Under the pieces are notes generated by a model, which did no database searches, was not told where the DNA came from, and saw nothing but the letters and a program-made list of their open reading frames with translations. 64,000 bases of DNA. It comes from Alistipes sp. Lineage in GTDB: Bacteria > Bacteroidota > Bacteroidia > Bacteroidales > Rikenellaceae. Below are positions 1-10,052 of this stretch, one piece after another. The stretch spans positions 15,802 through 79,801 of the forward strand of contig JAFPAD010000082.1 of assembly GCA_017424405.1 (NCBI GenBank), written 5' to 3'. Position 1 is the first letter of the stretch. Every line of letters starts with the position of its first letter. A program made the position numbers and the translations under genes.

Positions 1-309
1 GGTGTGCAGCGATGCAATGGGTGTAAACAAGCGTGTCGCTAATCCCGATTCACCAACATACAATGTGTCGGATACGGGATTAAGACCTCCATCTATGGTT
101 ATGGTGCTGTCGTCGATGAATGTCACTTTGGCTCCCAAAGCCTCAATGCATTTCAATGCAGAACGGGTGTCTTTGCAAAATTCAATGTTGCGTAGCGTAG
201 AACGACCGTTGGCAAGTAACGACAATGCTATGGCACGTTGCGCATAGCTTTTTGATGATGGAGGGGTTATGCAACCCTTTACGTTTACACCGGAGACAGT
301 CTTATCCAT
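1..309 (-). CDS. aroA: 3-phosphoshikimate 1-carboxyvinyltransferase (EPSP synthase), N-terminal part; runs off the window
   Basis: Not in the ORF track. Manual translation from ATG at 309 gives MDKTVSGVNVKGCITPPSSKSYAQRAIALSLLA...VGESGLATRLF, matching the PxSKS and GESG AroA motifs. Confidence 0.9.
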   Translation of the reverse strand, partial: MDKTVSGVNVKGCITPPSSKSYAQRAIALSLLANGRSTLRNIEFCKDTRSALKCIEALGAKVTFIDDSTITIDGGLNPVSDTLYVGESGLATRLFTPIASLHT

Positions 310-334
310 TTATTATGTGAAATTTAAGTTTGTT

Positions 335-1162
335 TTAAAGTTGGTTGTTTTGAGCGGCGTCGATGGCTGCTTTTGCTGCTGCTGCGCGCTCGGCTTCGAT
401 GCGTTCCATGGTAGCGCTCTTGCGGCGACGAAGCTCGAAGTTCGAACCCAAATATACCTTACGCACCATCTCATCGTTTGCCAAATCTTCGGCAGTACCG
501 GTCTTGAGGATTTTACCCTCGTATAGAAGATATGTGCGGTCGGTAATCTCCAATGTCTCATCGACGTTATGGTCGGTGATGATTACACCAATATTCTTGT
601 CCTTCAGCGTGGCAACGATACTTTGGATATCCTCCACCGCAATAGGGTCCACACCCGCGAAAGGCTCGTCGAGCAAGATAAACGAAGGGTTAATTGCTAC
701 GGCACGAGCAATCTCAGTGCGGCGACGCTCGCCACCTGAAAGCTGTATTCCCAAGCTCTTGCGCACCTTCTGCAAGCGGAACTCCTCGATGAGAGCCTCG
801 ACACGTTCGCGCTGATACTCTTTGCTGTAAGAGGTCATCTCCAACACAGCCTTAATGTTATCTTCAACACTCAGGCGACGGAACACTGATGCTTCCTGCG
901 CCAAATAGCCCACACCCATCTGCGCACGACGATAAACGGGCATGTCGGTGAGTTCGCTAATCTCTCCCTCGTCATTCTCGAGGAAGATTTGACCCTCGTT
1001 TGGCTTGATAAGACCTACAATCATATAAAATGTAGTTGTCTTACCGGCACCGTTAGGTCCGAGCAAACCTACAATTTCGCCCTGCTTGACATCAATGGTC
1101 ACGTGGTTTACAACCGTGCGAGACTTATATTTTTTTACTAGCTCACTTGTGAATAGTCGCAT
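335..1162 (-). CDS. lptB: LPS export ABC transporter ATP-binding protein
   Basis: GPNGAGKTTTFYM Walker A, LSGGERRR signature, DEPFAGVDPIAV, ITDHNV. Confidence 0.95.
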   Translation of the reverse strand: MRLFTSELVKKYKSRTVVNHVTIDVKQGEIVGLLGPNGAGKTTTFYMIVGLIKPNEGQIFLENDEGEISELTDMPVYRRAQMGVGYLAQEASVFRRLSVEDNIKAVLEMTSYSKEYQRERVEALIEEFRLQKVRKSLGIQLSGGERRRTEIARAVAINPSFILLDEPFAGVDPIAVEDIQSIVATLKDKNIGVIITDHNVDETLEITDRTYLLYEGKILKTGTAEDLANDEMVRKVYLGSNFELRRRKSATMERIEAERAAAAKAAIDAAQNNQL

Positions 1163-1279
1163 AATCCTTGAAATTTTTTTACAAAGTTATCATTTTTTTC
1201 AAAAAAAGTTTTATCTTTGAATGACAAAATCACATTTTGCAGCTATTGTTACGTAGTTTGCGTTTATATTTTTGATTTA

Positions 1280-3472
1280 ATGGAACTGGAAAACACTATT
1301 TTGCACGAAAAATTAAAGGAGTATTTTGGCTTTACCGCATTCAAAGGTAACCAAGAAGCTGTGATTCGTAACCTGCTTTCGGGTCGCGATACTTTTGTGT
1401 TGATGCCTACAGGTGGCGGAAAGTCGTTGTGTTACCAGTTGCCTGCGCTATTGATGGACGGAGTGGCTATTATCATTTCGCCACTTATCGCCTTGATGAA
1501 GAATCAGGTCGATGCTATGCGCACGTTTTCTACCGAGTCGGGTATAGCCCATTTCTTGAATTCGTCGCTTAATAAAACAGCGATTAATCAGGTGCGCAGT
1601 GATGTTTTAGCAGGTAAGACCAAGTTGTTGTATTTTGCTCCCGAGTCGCTTACGAAGGAGGATAATGTGTCGTTCCTGCGCAAGATAAAGATTTCGTTCT
1701 ACGCTATCGACGAGGCTCACTGTATCTCGGAGTGGGGTCATGACTTCCGCCCAGAGTATCGTCGTATTCGTCCTATTATTAATGATATTGGTCAGGCTCC
1801 ATTGATTGCCCTTACGGCTACGGCTACGCCAAAAGTGCAGATGGATATTCAGAAGAACTTGGGTATGACCGATGCGGTGGTGTTCCGTTCATCGTTTAAC
1901 CGTTCTAACCTTTTCTATGAGATTCGTCCAAAGCATAATACCGAGCACGATATTATACGTTTTATCAAGCAACGAGCAGGAAAGAGTGGTATTATCTACT
2001 GCCTGAGCCGCAAGAAGGTGGAAGAGTTGGCGGAATTGTTGGTTGCCAATGGAATCAAGGCTCTTGCCTATCATGCGGGTATGGACGCGCAAACCCGAGC
2101 CAATAATCAGGACGATTTCTTAATGGAGCGTGTTGATGTGATTGTCGCCACGATAGCTTTCGGTATGGGTATTGATAAACCCGATGTGCGTTATGTAATC
2201 CATTACGATATACCAAAGTCGCTGGAGGGCTATTATCAAGAGACAGGACGAGCAGGTCGTGATGGCGGTGAAGGACATTGCCTCACGTTCTATAGCTATA
2301 AAGATATTCAGAAGCTCGAGAAGTTTATGCAGGGTAAACCTGTTGCCGAGCAGGAAATTGGCAAATTACTCTTGCTTGAGACGGTATCTTATGCCGAGAG
2401 TTCTATGTGTCGTCGCAAGACGTTATTGCATTATTTTGGCGAGGAGTACGAGCAGGCTAATTGTGGCTATTGTGACAACTGTGTGAATCCAAAGCCGAAG
2501 GTTGATGCCAAGGCTGAGATGAAACTTATGTTGCAAACGCTTGCTGCTATTGGTGATAAGTTCAAGGTGGACCACCTTGCAGCAGTGCTTACAGGAAAGG
2601 TCACAGCTCAGGTTAAGAGCTATGGTCATAATAAACTCAAACTCTTTGGTGAGGGCGAGGAACATGATGCTAAGTTCTGGGGCGCAGTGGTGCGTCAGGC
2701 TTTGATTATGGGTTTGATTGATAAAAGTATCGAGAACTATGGCTTGATTTCAATCAATAAGAAGGGTGAGGATTACATCGCGATGCCGCAATCGGTAACT
2801 ATCACTCTGGACCATAACTACGACGAGGAGCAGAACGAGGAGCAGAATATGGCTGCACAAATGAGTAAGGGCGGAGCTGCCGACGAGGAGTTGTATGCCA
2901 TGTTGAAGGATTTGCGTAAGAAAGTTGCCAAGAAACACGATTTGCCTCCGTTTGTTATCTTCCAGGACCCATCGTTGGAGGATATGGCTATACACTATCC
3001 TATCACGTTGGAGGAGATGCAGGGTATATCGGGTGTCGGCGCAGGTAAGGCTAAGAAGTTTGGCGAGGAGTTCATTAAACTCATCAAGGCTTATGTCGAG
3101 GAGAAGGATATTATCCGTCCGCAGGATATGGTCGTTAAGTCGGTGGCGAATAAGTCGGGTAATAAGATTTTTATTATCCAATCTATTGACCGTAAGATGG
3201 ATTTCGAGGATATTGCACGTGCTAAGAATCTTGATTTCGATGAGGTGCTCTCCGAGGTTGAGGGTATTGTAAATTCGGGCACAAAACTCGATATATCGTA
3301 CTATATAAATAAGGTTATTGACGAAGACAAGGCTGAGGATATTTACCTCTACTTCAAGGAGGACGCCGAGAGTGATTCGTTGGATGCCGCTATCGAGGAG
3401 TTGGGTTCAGATTACACCGAGGAGGAGATTCGTCTGGTGCGCATCAAGTTCCTCTGCGAGGTCGGAAACTAA
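1280..3472 (+). CDS. recQ: ATP-dependent DNA helicase RecQ
   Basis: MPTGGGKSLCYQLP, DEAHCISEWGHDFRP, zinc-binding Cys, RQC and HRDC domains. ATG at 1280 preferred over the TTG at 1217. Confidence 0.96.
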   Translation: MELENTILHEKLKEYFGFTAFKGNQEAVIRNLLSGRDTFVLMPTGGGKSLCYQLPALLMDGVAIIISPLIALMKNQVDAMRTFSTESGIAHFLNSSLNKTAINQVRSDVLAGKTKLLYFAPESLTKEDNVSFLRKIKISFYAIDEAHCISEWGHDFRPEYRRIRPIINDIGQAPLIALTATATPKVQMDIQKNLGMTDAVVFRSSFNRSNLFYEIRPKHNTEHDIIRFIKQRAGKSGIIYCLSRKKVEELAELLVANGIKALAYHAGMDAQTRANNQDDFLMERVDVIVATIAFGMGIDKPDVRYVIHYDIPKSLEGYYQETGRAGRDGGEGHCLTFYSYKDIQKLEKFMQGKPVAEQEIGKLLLLETVSYAESSMCRRKTLLHYFGEEYEQANCGYCDNCVNPKPKVDAKAEMKLMLQTLAAIGDKFKVDHLAAVLTGKVTAQVKSYGHNKLKLFGEGEEHDAKFWGAVVRQALIMGLIDKSIENYGLISINKKGEDYIAMPQSVTITLDHNYDEEQNEEQNMAAQMSKGGAADEELYAMLKDLRKKVAKKHDLPPFVIFQDPSLEDMAIHYPITLEEMQGISGVGAGKAKKFGEEFIKLIKAYVEEKDIIRPQDMVVKSVANKSGNKIFIIQSIDRKMDFEDIARAKNLDFDEVLSEVEGIVNSGTKLDISYYINKVIDEDKAEDIYLYFKEDAESDSLDAAIEELGSDYTEEEIRLVRIKFLCEVGN

Positions 3473-3498
3473 TTCAACTATTATACATTATTGTACCT

Positions 3499-3834
3499 AT
3501 GGCATTGATTTATTGTAAGGAGTGCGGAAAGCAGATCTCTGATCAGGCTCCCACTTGCCCTTATTGTGGCTGTCCGATGGGTAATTATAACCCTAATGCA
3601 CAGGTTGTGTCGTGTGATCCCAATCGCAGTAAGTATGATTGGCTGACAACTCTGTTGTTAAGTTTCTTCTTGGGCTACTTAGGCATTCATAGCTTCTATA
3701 CTGGCAAAACGGGTATTGGTGTTGCGCAGTTGCTCACTTGTGGTGGTTGCGGAATATGGGCACTGATAGACTTTATTATGATTCTCGTAGGTTCATACCG
3801 CGATGGTGAGGGTAAGGTTGTTAGTAATAAATAG
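3499..3834 (+). CDS. Zinc-ribbon plus TM2-domain membrane protein
   Basis: CKECG...CPYCG zinc ribbon, then LLSFFLGYLGIHSFY...GIWALIDFI TM2 motif. Confidence 0.85.
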   Translation: MALIYCKECGKQISDQAPTCPYCGCPMGNYNPNAQVVSCDPNRSKYDWLTTLLLSFFLGYLGIHSFYTGKTGIGVAQLLTCGGCGIWALIDFIMILVGSYRDGEGKVVSNK

Positions 3835-3837
3835 AAA

Positions 3838-4119
3838 ATGCCCCATTTGGTGAAATACTGGAGAGCCGCTGCGGTTGCTTTGTTGCCGTTGGCTCTCTAT
3901 TTTATTCCACGTGAGAGTTTTTTTACTCACCAACATACGCTTTGCCTTGTGCATAATCTAACGGGTGCCGAGTGTTGGGGCTGTGGAATGGCGAGGGCTC
4001 TGATGTCGCTGATGTATTTGGATTTTGATGCGGCATGGGATTATCATCGTGGGGTAGTAGTTGTTGCTCCACTTTTGGTGTGGCTGTGGGCAAAATGGAT
4101 TTATCGACTTACTAAATAA
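3838..4119 (+). CDS. DUF2752-like small membrane protein
   Basis: CLVHNLTGAECWGCGMARA resembles the DUF2752 CPGCGxTRA motif; hydrophobic helices. Confidence 0.75.
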   Translation: MPHLVKYWRAAAVALLPLALYFIPRESFFTHQHTLCLVHNLTGAECWGCGMARALMSLMYLDFDAAWDYHRGVVVVAPLLVWLWAKWIYRLTK

Positions 4120-4127
4120 ATGAATTT

Positions 4128-5204
4128 ATGAAACGAATAGTATGTTTGATTGCGCTTATTGCGATGGCTATGCCGTTGGTTGCTCGTGAAAAAAATAAGA
4201 AAGTGCCGATGGAGGCGTTGCGTTGGAGCGAGGAGCGTGTGAATGAGTGGTACGCCCAGCAACCTTGGATGTCGGGATGTAATTTTGTGCCGAGCAATGC
4301 TATCAACCAGCTTGAGATGTGGCAGGAGGATACCTTCAGCCCCGAACTTATCGACAAGGAGCTTGGCTGGGCTGAGGAGTTGGGCTTCAATGTGATGCGT
4401 GTATATCTTCACAGCAAGGCTTGGGAGGCAGATAAACGAGGCTTTAAGAAGCGTATTGATGAGTATCTCACCATTTCGATGAAGCACGGCATTCGTACAA
4501 TGTTTGTCTTTTTCGATGATTGCAATTATCCCGAGGGTGCTATTGGTAAGCAACCTGACCCTATCCCAGGTATGCATAATTCATATTGGTTGCACGACCC
4601 ATTTGCATCGTTGCGTGGCGATAAGGAGAAGATGCTTGCCGACCTGAAACCCTATGTAATGGATATTTTGAAGACATTTAAGGATGATGAGCGCATTGTG
4701 ATGTGGGATTTATACAATGAGCCTAAAAAGAAGGACTCTATTGATTTGCTCAAAAAAGTGTTTGAGTGGGCACGTGAGGTCAATCCATCGCAGCCTCTCA
4801 CGTCGGCAGTGTGGTCGCTGGATAATTTCCATTATTTGAGTAGCGTGCAGCTCAATAATTCTGATGTGATTTGTTATCATAGTTATTTTGATACTTCATT
4901 TCACAATAATTGGATTTCACATTTGAGAATGCTTAATCGTCCGATAATGTGTACCGAGTATATGGCACGCCCATTTGAATGTACATTTCAGAAGGTTATG
5001 CCTTTCCTAAAGAGTCAGAATGTCGGTGCAATCAATTGGGGCTTTGTCAGCGGAAAGAGTAACACTATTTACGATTGGGACACCAAGAAGAAACCTTATG
5101 TTGGCGGAGAGCCCAAAGTGTGGTTTCACGATATTTTGCGCCAGGATAAGACCCCATATAGCGAAGATGAAATTCGTGCAATCAAGGAGTGTAATAAACG
5201 ATAG
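4128..5204 (+). CDS. Secreted clan GH-A (GH5-like) glycoside hydrolase
   Basis: Signal peptide; WDLYNEP acid/base motif; CTEYMAR nucleophile; NQLEMWQ and WFHDI motifs. Confidence 0.8.
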   Translation: MKRIVCLIALIAMAMPLVAREKNKKVPMEALRWSEERVNEWYAQQPWMSGCNFVPSNAINQLEMWQEDTFSPELIDKELGWAEELGFNVMRVYLHSKAWEADKRGFKKRIDEYLTISMKHGIRTMFVFFDDCNYPEGAIGKQPDPIPGMHNSYWLHDPFASLRGDKEKMLADLKPYVMDILKTFKDDERIVMWDLYNEPKKKDSIDLLKKVFEWAREVNPSQPLTSAVWSLDNFHYLSSVQLNNSDVICYHSYFDTSFHNNWISHLRMLNRPIMCTEYMARPFECTFQKVMPFLKSQNVGAINWGFVSGKSNTIYDWDTKKKPYVGGEPKVWFHDILRQDKTPYSEDEIRAIKECNKR

Positions 5205-5217
5205 AGGTTTGTGAGTT

Positions 5218-6546
5218 ATGAAAAGATTTGGGCTTAAACATTATGTTTTCCTCCTGCTTGCAGTTTGCACTACGGCTTTTTGCTGTGTGGCACAAACTAT
5301 TGCGCCAACCATTTTCCCCATCCCAATAGAGTTTGAGGTATCTTCCACCGATTATGTTGTGTTAGATAAAGTGACCCTGACCTGCGCCGATTCTCAAGCG
5401 CAGGAGTGGGCAGAGAAGCATTTGAAAGAGTGGTATGGAAAGTATCGTCCCGCAGTGGAGTTCTCAAGCGGCAAAGTCGCTGTTACGGAGGATGAGGGTT
5501 ACACGCTTGTAGTGGATGAGTCGGGCGTGAGAATTTCGGCTCTTACTTTGCAGGGTGCTCGTTATGCTCTCTACTCTCTGCGTCAGCTTGCTATTCCGCA
5601 ACGTGGCGTTGCCGAGGTCAACGGCTGGATTGTGCCCAAAACAAATATTAAGGATAGCCCCAAGATGAACTTCCGTGGAGTCCACATCTGCTGGTTTCAC
5701 GAGACAGAACCCTGGGAGGTTGAGCGATTGATTCGCCTGGCGGCATATTACAAGATGAACTATGCTGTCATCGAGTCGTGGGGAACATTCCGCAGCGATG
5801 TAGCTCCGTGGTTTGGATGGCAGGATGGCACAATGACCAAAAAGGAGATTAAGCGACTTAAGGCTATTGCCGATGATTTGGGCATTACACTTATTCCGCA
5901 GATAAATGTTTTTGGTCACGCTGCGCAGGCTCGCAGCCACGCAGGTAAACACGCTACGTTGGACGTTGATTCTAAATATCAGCCTCTGTTTGAGCCGCTT
6001 GCGGGTTGGAATTGGTGTTTGTCAAATCCCGAAACTCGCAAATTGTTGCAGGCATTGATTAAGGAGCGTTATGAAGCATTTGGTCACCCTCCATTTTTCC
6101 ATATAGGATGTGATGAGGCAAACCAACCAAGTTGTCCCGATTGTGCCTCTCAATCCTATTCCAAACTCTTTGTAGAGCATGTCAAAGCTATGAACGATAC
6201 TATATCATCGCTTGGAGCACGCACCATTATGTGGCACGATATGCTAATATCTTGGGAGCCCCGCTGGAACGGATTTGTTACCAATGGCACTAAAGAGACA
6301 GCTGAAGGCTTTTTGAAGCTACCTCGTGATATAATAGTTGCAGATTGGTATTATGGAGGAGCGAAATCAGAATATCCAACCATAGATTATTTTAAGTCAC
6401 ACGGTTTTTCTGTTTTGACAAGTCCCTGGAATACGGTTGAGGGAATAAAAGCACAGTGTCAATATGCTCACAAGAGTGGAATAATGGGTGTTTTGGGTAC
6501 TACGTGGCATTATTATTACGGACAAGAGATGTATAAAATATATTAG
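5218..6546 (+). CDS. GH20 beta-N-acetylhexosaminidase-like protein, probably truncated by an in-frame TAG (frame stays open to 6720)
   Basis: Signal peptide, EGYTLVV..., IKDSPKMNFRGVH, catalytic HIGCDEA; 57 further sense codons follow TAG 6544-6546. Confidence 0.8.
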   Translation: MKRFGLKHYVFLLLAVCTTAFCCVAQTIAPTIFPIPIEFEVSSTDYVVLDKVTLTCADSQAQEWAEKHLKEWYGKYRPAVEFSSGKVAVTEDEGYTLVVDESGVRISALTLQGARYALYSLRQLAIPQRGVAEVNGWIVPKTNIKDSPKMNFRGVHICWFHETEPWEVERLIRLAAYYKMNYAVIESWGTFRSDVAPWFGWQDGTMTKKEIKRLKAIADDLGITLIPQINVFGHAAQARSHAGKHATLDVDSKYQPLFEPLAGWNWCLSNPETRKLLQALIKERYEAFGHPPFFHIGCDEANQPSCPDCASQSYSKLFVEHVKAMNDTISSLGARTIMWHDMLISWEPRWNGFVTNGTKETAEGFLKLPRDIIVADWYYGGAKSEYPTIDYFKSHGFSVLTSPWNTVEGIKAQCQYAHKSGIMGVLGTTWHYYYGQEMYKIY

Positions 6547-6730
6547 ACTCTTTCTAATATGATGTGGAATGTAGAATCCCAAGTTCAGCCTAATGAGATT
6601 GAGATGTTTAGAGTTCAGACTCATATTCGCCAGATTGGTTGGGATATGAAGTTGCGTAATCCACGTCACGGTGGACTCTATTACGATGAGATTCCGCCTG
6701 AACCTTTTTTGAATTATTAGATATAATACC

Positions 6731-6738
6731 TATCTTTG
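6731..6738 (+). promoter_or_regulatory. Bacteroidota -7 promoter element (TATCTTTG) for rsmA
   Basis: Matches TAnnTTTG; 4 nt before the ATG. Confidence 0.6.
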
Positions 6739-6742
6739 CTGT

Positions 6743-7534
6743 ATGAATCAAGTAAGAGCAAAAAAGGCGTTGGGTCAGCACTTTCTGACTGACCTGAATA
6801 TCGCCAGAAAAATATGTTTTTCACTCTCGGGTGGCAGTGCCGAGGCTCCGGTGCAGGTGCTGGAGGTAGGCTGCGGCATGGGTGTGCTGACGCAGTTCTT
6901 GTTGCAGCGCGACGATGTGGTGACCTATGGAGCGGAGATTGATACTGAAAGTGTGGAGTATCTGCATGAGCATTATCCTGATTTTGCGCCACGCCTAATT
7001 GAGGGCGATTTTTTGAAGATGGATTTGCGTGAAAAGTTTGGCGAGGAGGTGCGTGTCATAGGTAATTTCCCCTATAATATTTCGTCGCAAATATTCTTTA
7101 AGATTATCGAGAATCGTGATATCGTTCCAGAGTGTGTGGGCATGATTCAAAAGGAGGTGGCGGTGCGTATTGCCGAGCCACCAGGTTCACGTGAATATGG
7201 TATCTTGAGTGTGCTGTTGCAGGCGTGGTATGATATTGAATATCTGTTCACTGTTGGCGAGAAGGTCTTTAATCCGCCACCAAAGGTTAAGAGTGCGGTT
7301 ATTCGTCTAAAGCGAAATTCTACCACGACGTTGGGCTGTGACGAGGCTCTGTTTGTGAAGGTTGTGAAGGCTTCTTTTGGTCAGCGCCGCAAGATGCTTA
7401 GAAACTCGTTACGTTCGGTCTTTGGTGATTTCGGAGGTGCCGAGCATCGTTTCTTCACCGAGCGAGCCGAAAAGTTGTCGGTCGCAGATTTTGTGGAGCT
7501 CACAAATTGGGTAGCAGAAAATAAAAAATCGTAG
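6743..7534 (+). CDS. rsmA: 16S rRNA m6,2A1518/1519 dimethyltransferase
   Basis: KKALGQHFL, VLEVGCGMGVLT, GNFPYNIS, FNPPPKVKSAV, FGQRRKMLRN. Confidence 0.96.
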   Translation: MNQVRAKKALGQHFLTDLNIARKICFSLSGGSAEAPVQVLEVGCGMGVLTQFLLQRDDVVTYGAEIDTESVEYLHEHYPDFAPRLIEGDFLKMDLREKFGEEVRVIGNFPYNISSQIFFKIIENRDIVPECVGMIQKEVAVRIAEPPGSREYGILSVLLQAWYDIEYLFTVGEKVFNPPPKVKSAVIRLKRNSTTTLGCDEALFVKVVKASFGQRRKMLRNSLRSVFGDFGGAEHRFFTERAEKLSVADFVELTNWVAENKKS

Positions 7535-7553
7535 GTTTCGCCTACGATTTTTT
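7523..7553. terminator. Bidirectional intrinsic terminator
   Basis: AAAAAATCGTAGG-tttcg-CCTACGATTTTTT between convergent genes. Confidence 0.8.
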
Positions 7554-7554
7554 G

Positions 7555-8817
7555 TTAGTTAAAGTCGCCTACAACCACTGTTATTATATCTTCGGGCTTT
7601 AGGTAACGCTGTGCCAACGATAGCAACTCTTCCGGGGTGGTGCGACGTATGCGCTCAAGATTGTGTTGTATGTGACTATTGTCGAAGCCACAGAGTATGT
7701 TTTCAGTAGTTACGTCGGCAATACCGAATGGACCATCAAGTATGCGCATCATTTCACCTGCCATAATATTCTTTACCAACTCCAACTCCTCCTCTGAAAT
7801 GAGTTGTGTGCGTAGCGTTTCAATCTCTCGCGCAATCTCCCCCAACGCTTGTTCGGTTACTTCGGTGCCCACTTGAGTGGCGAGAGCCAAATAACCCGTA
7901 TGCTGGAAATTTACCATCGCTGAGAATACACCATATGTAAAGCCATTTTGTTCTCTTAGGTTTTGCATCAGACGTGAGCCGAAGTACCCTCCCAGCACCA
8001 TGGAGAGCACCTGCATGGGTATAAACTCCTCGTGTGAGCGAGGAAATAATAAGCGACCCATGCGTATTGATGATTGCACTGCACCGTCGTGTTGTATGCG
8101 AATGGTGTGGGAGCTACTAAACGGTGGAATCTCAATCTTTGGTTGGCAGGTAGCAGTTGGTAGCGAAGCTGCTATTGATTTTATGCACTCTAATACTTCG
8201 GTGGTGATGTTTCCGCTGCATACTACGATACAGTTTTGGGCTATATAGTGGTTGCGATAGTGTGTTTTTACATCGTCGCTTGTCAGTGTGTCATATTCGC
8301 TTTCTGGATATGAGATGCCGTAGGGGTGCTTCTCTCCAAATATCGCTTTTGCGAAGTTCTCGCGGGCAATAGTCTCTACCTTGCGTCTTTCGATAGCGAG
8401 TTGTTGTTTGCGCTTAGCGCAGTATATCGCCAACTCATTTTCTGGGAAAGTGGGGCGTAGAATAACCTCTTCTGCAATCTTTGCTGTTGAAACAAAAAAC
8501 TTTGACAGCGAGCAAAACGATATGTAAGAGTAGTCTCGGTCGATATTGATATCGAAATACGACCCATAATAATCCAACCCCTCGGCAATCTGTTGTGCCG
8601 TGAGGTTTGCGCTACCTTCAGCGAGCATGTTGGCAGTTGCTGAGGCAACAAAGGGGCGAGCCTGAGTTATTGTGCCCGCATGGAAGACAAACGACAGACG
8701 CACCACCTCATATTCGGGGCAGTTGATTACATATATAGGAGTGCCGTTTGATGCTACGATTTTTTCAGCCTGCTGAATGTCGATGCTATCGGGTATTGTC
8801 AAAGGTGGCTGTGTCAT
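7555..8817 (-). CDS. M16 family peptidase, non-catalytic subunit
   Basis: LGGYFGSRLMQNLREQNGFTYGV motif; no HxxEH; start overlaps the upstream stop. Confidence 0.85.
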   Translation of the reverse strand: MTQPPLTIPDSIDIQQAEKIVASNGTPIYVINCPEYEVVRLSFVFHAGTITQARPFVASATANMLAEGSANLTAQQIAEGLDYYGSYFDINIDRDYSYISFCSLSKFFVSTAKIAEEVILRPTFPENELAIYCAKRKQQLAIERRKVETIARENFAKAIFGEKHPYGISYPESEYDTLTSDDVKTHYRNHYIAQNCIVVCSGNITTEVLECIKSIAASLPTATCQPKIEIPPFSSSHTIRIQHDGAVQSSIRMGRLLFPRSHEEFIPMQVLSMVLGGYFGSRLMQNLREQNGFTYGVFSAMVNFQHTGYLALATQVGTEVTEQALGEIAREIETLRTQLISEEELELVKNIMAGEMMRILDGPFGIADVTTENILCGFDNSHIQHNLERIRRTTPEELLSLAQRYLKPEDIITVVVGDFN

Positions 8818-10052
8818 TATTTAGCTCTATAAATTAAGGTTGATGAGTTCTCTTTCTGGAAGGTGCGACGAGCAAAGTCGGCAATTTCGGTCTTTGACAG
8901 GGAACGATATATCTCAATCTCGCGATTAATCAAAGGTAGGTCGCCAATCATTGAGTAGTAGCCGAGATTCATGGCTTTGTTCATCACGTTTAACTCTCCG
9001 AATAGGGTGTTTGCCTCAAACTTATTTTTAACTTTTTCGAGTTCGTAATCGCCTATCTCACCATTCGATAGTAGCTCCATCTCCTCCCAAAATGCCGCTT
9101 CAGCCTCCTGCTCGGACGTTGTAGGCAGCAGCTGCCCTGTAAAAACAAACATACCTTCATCGACATCGCCCGAAATGTAGGCATTCACCGAGGTAAATAA
9201 TTTCTTGCCTTTAATCAAGTGCTCATACAATCGAGCAGAATCACCTCCCGCCAAAAGGTCGGAGGTTATGTCTCCCAAGAAGAAGTCTTTAGATAGACGG
9301 TTGCCCATGTGAAAGGCAATGACAATAGTAGTGGCTGGTACGTCACGCTCCACCTCCATGCGGCGAGCCTCGGTTTGCTTGGGCTCGACAGGTATCGTAG
9401 GAATGTTGTATGGTTTGTCGGGTATGCCTCCAAACCACTTGTCGGCTAACTCAAAAACTCTTTCAGCATCAATGTCACCCGATACCGAGAGTATAGCATT
9501 CGAAGGGTGATAAAAATCATTGTAAAACTTGCGTATGCTTTCAAGCGGAGCATCTGCAATGTGCTCGGGCTTGAGTCCGATAGTTGCCCATCGATAGGGG
9601 TGCGAGGTGTAAACCATCTGGCGCAGAAGCATGTTTAAGTCGCCGTAGGGCTGATTTAGATAGCGTTGTCTAAACTCCTCGATGACTACACGTTTCTCTA
9701 TATCGCACGCCTGCTCCGAGAGGTTAAGCCCACACATGCGGTCGCTTTCGAGCCATAGAGCGGTCTCGATGTTGTCTTTGGGTAGTGTGATATAGAAGTC
9801 GGTGTAATCGTTGTTGGTGAACGCATTATTCTCACCACACGCCATTTGTATTGGGGTGTCAAAATCTGGCACATTATGTGTGCCTCGAAACATTAGGTGC
9901 TCGAATAGATGAGCTAATCCCGTACAGTTGGGGTCTTCATTGCGAGCTCCCACTTTGTAGAGGATATTAACGGCCACCAATCGTGATGTACTGTCGCGAT
10001 TGGAGATAACCTCTAAGCCGTTGTTGAGTTTGGTATGTTGATATTTAATCAT
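8817..10052 (-). CDS. M16 family zinc peptidase, catalytic subunit
   Basis: TGLAHLFEHLMF (HxxEH), NAFTNND; ATG at 10052. Confidence 0.92.
   Translation of the reverse strand: MIKYQHTKLNNGLEVISNRDSTSRLVAVNILYKVGARNEDPNCTGLAHLFEHLMFRGTHNVPDFDTPIQMACGENNAFTNNDYTDFYITLPKDNIETALWLESDRMCGLNLSEQACDIEKRVVIEEFRQRYLNQPYGDLNMLLRQMVYTSHPYRWATIGLKPEHIADAPLESIRKFYNDFYHPSNAILSVSGDIDAERVFELADKWFGGIPDKPYNIPTIPVEPKQTEARRMEVERDVPATTIVIAFHMGNRLSKDFFLGDITSDLLAGGDSARLYEHLIKGKKLFTSVNAYISGDVDEGMFVFTGQLLPTTSEQEAEAAFWEEMELLSNGEIGDYELEKVKNKFEANTLFGELNVMNKAMNLGYYSMIGDLPLINREIEIYRSLSKTEIADFARRTFQKENSSTLIYRAK

Noticed and set aside
335-430. Ala-rich C-terminal extension on LptB
   Set aside because: Short low-complexity helix with nothing to indicate a distinct function.
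5218-6720. Genome-wide TAG reassignment or pyrrolysine
   Set aside because: TAG correctly ends rsmA, pyrF, fabF, glnS and others, and no pyl genes are present.
7555-10052. Active plus inactive M16 peptidase pair as a novel system
   Set aside because: Well-known heterodimeric M16B arrangement.
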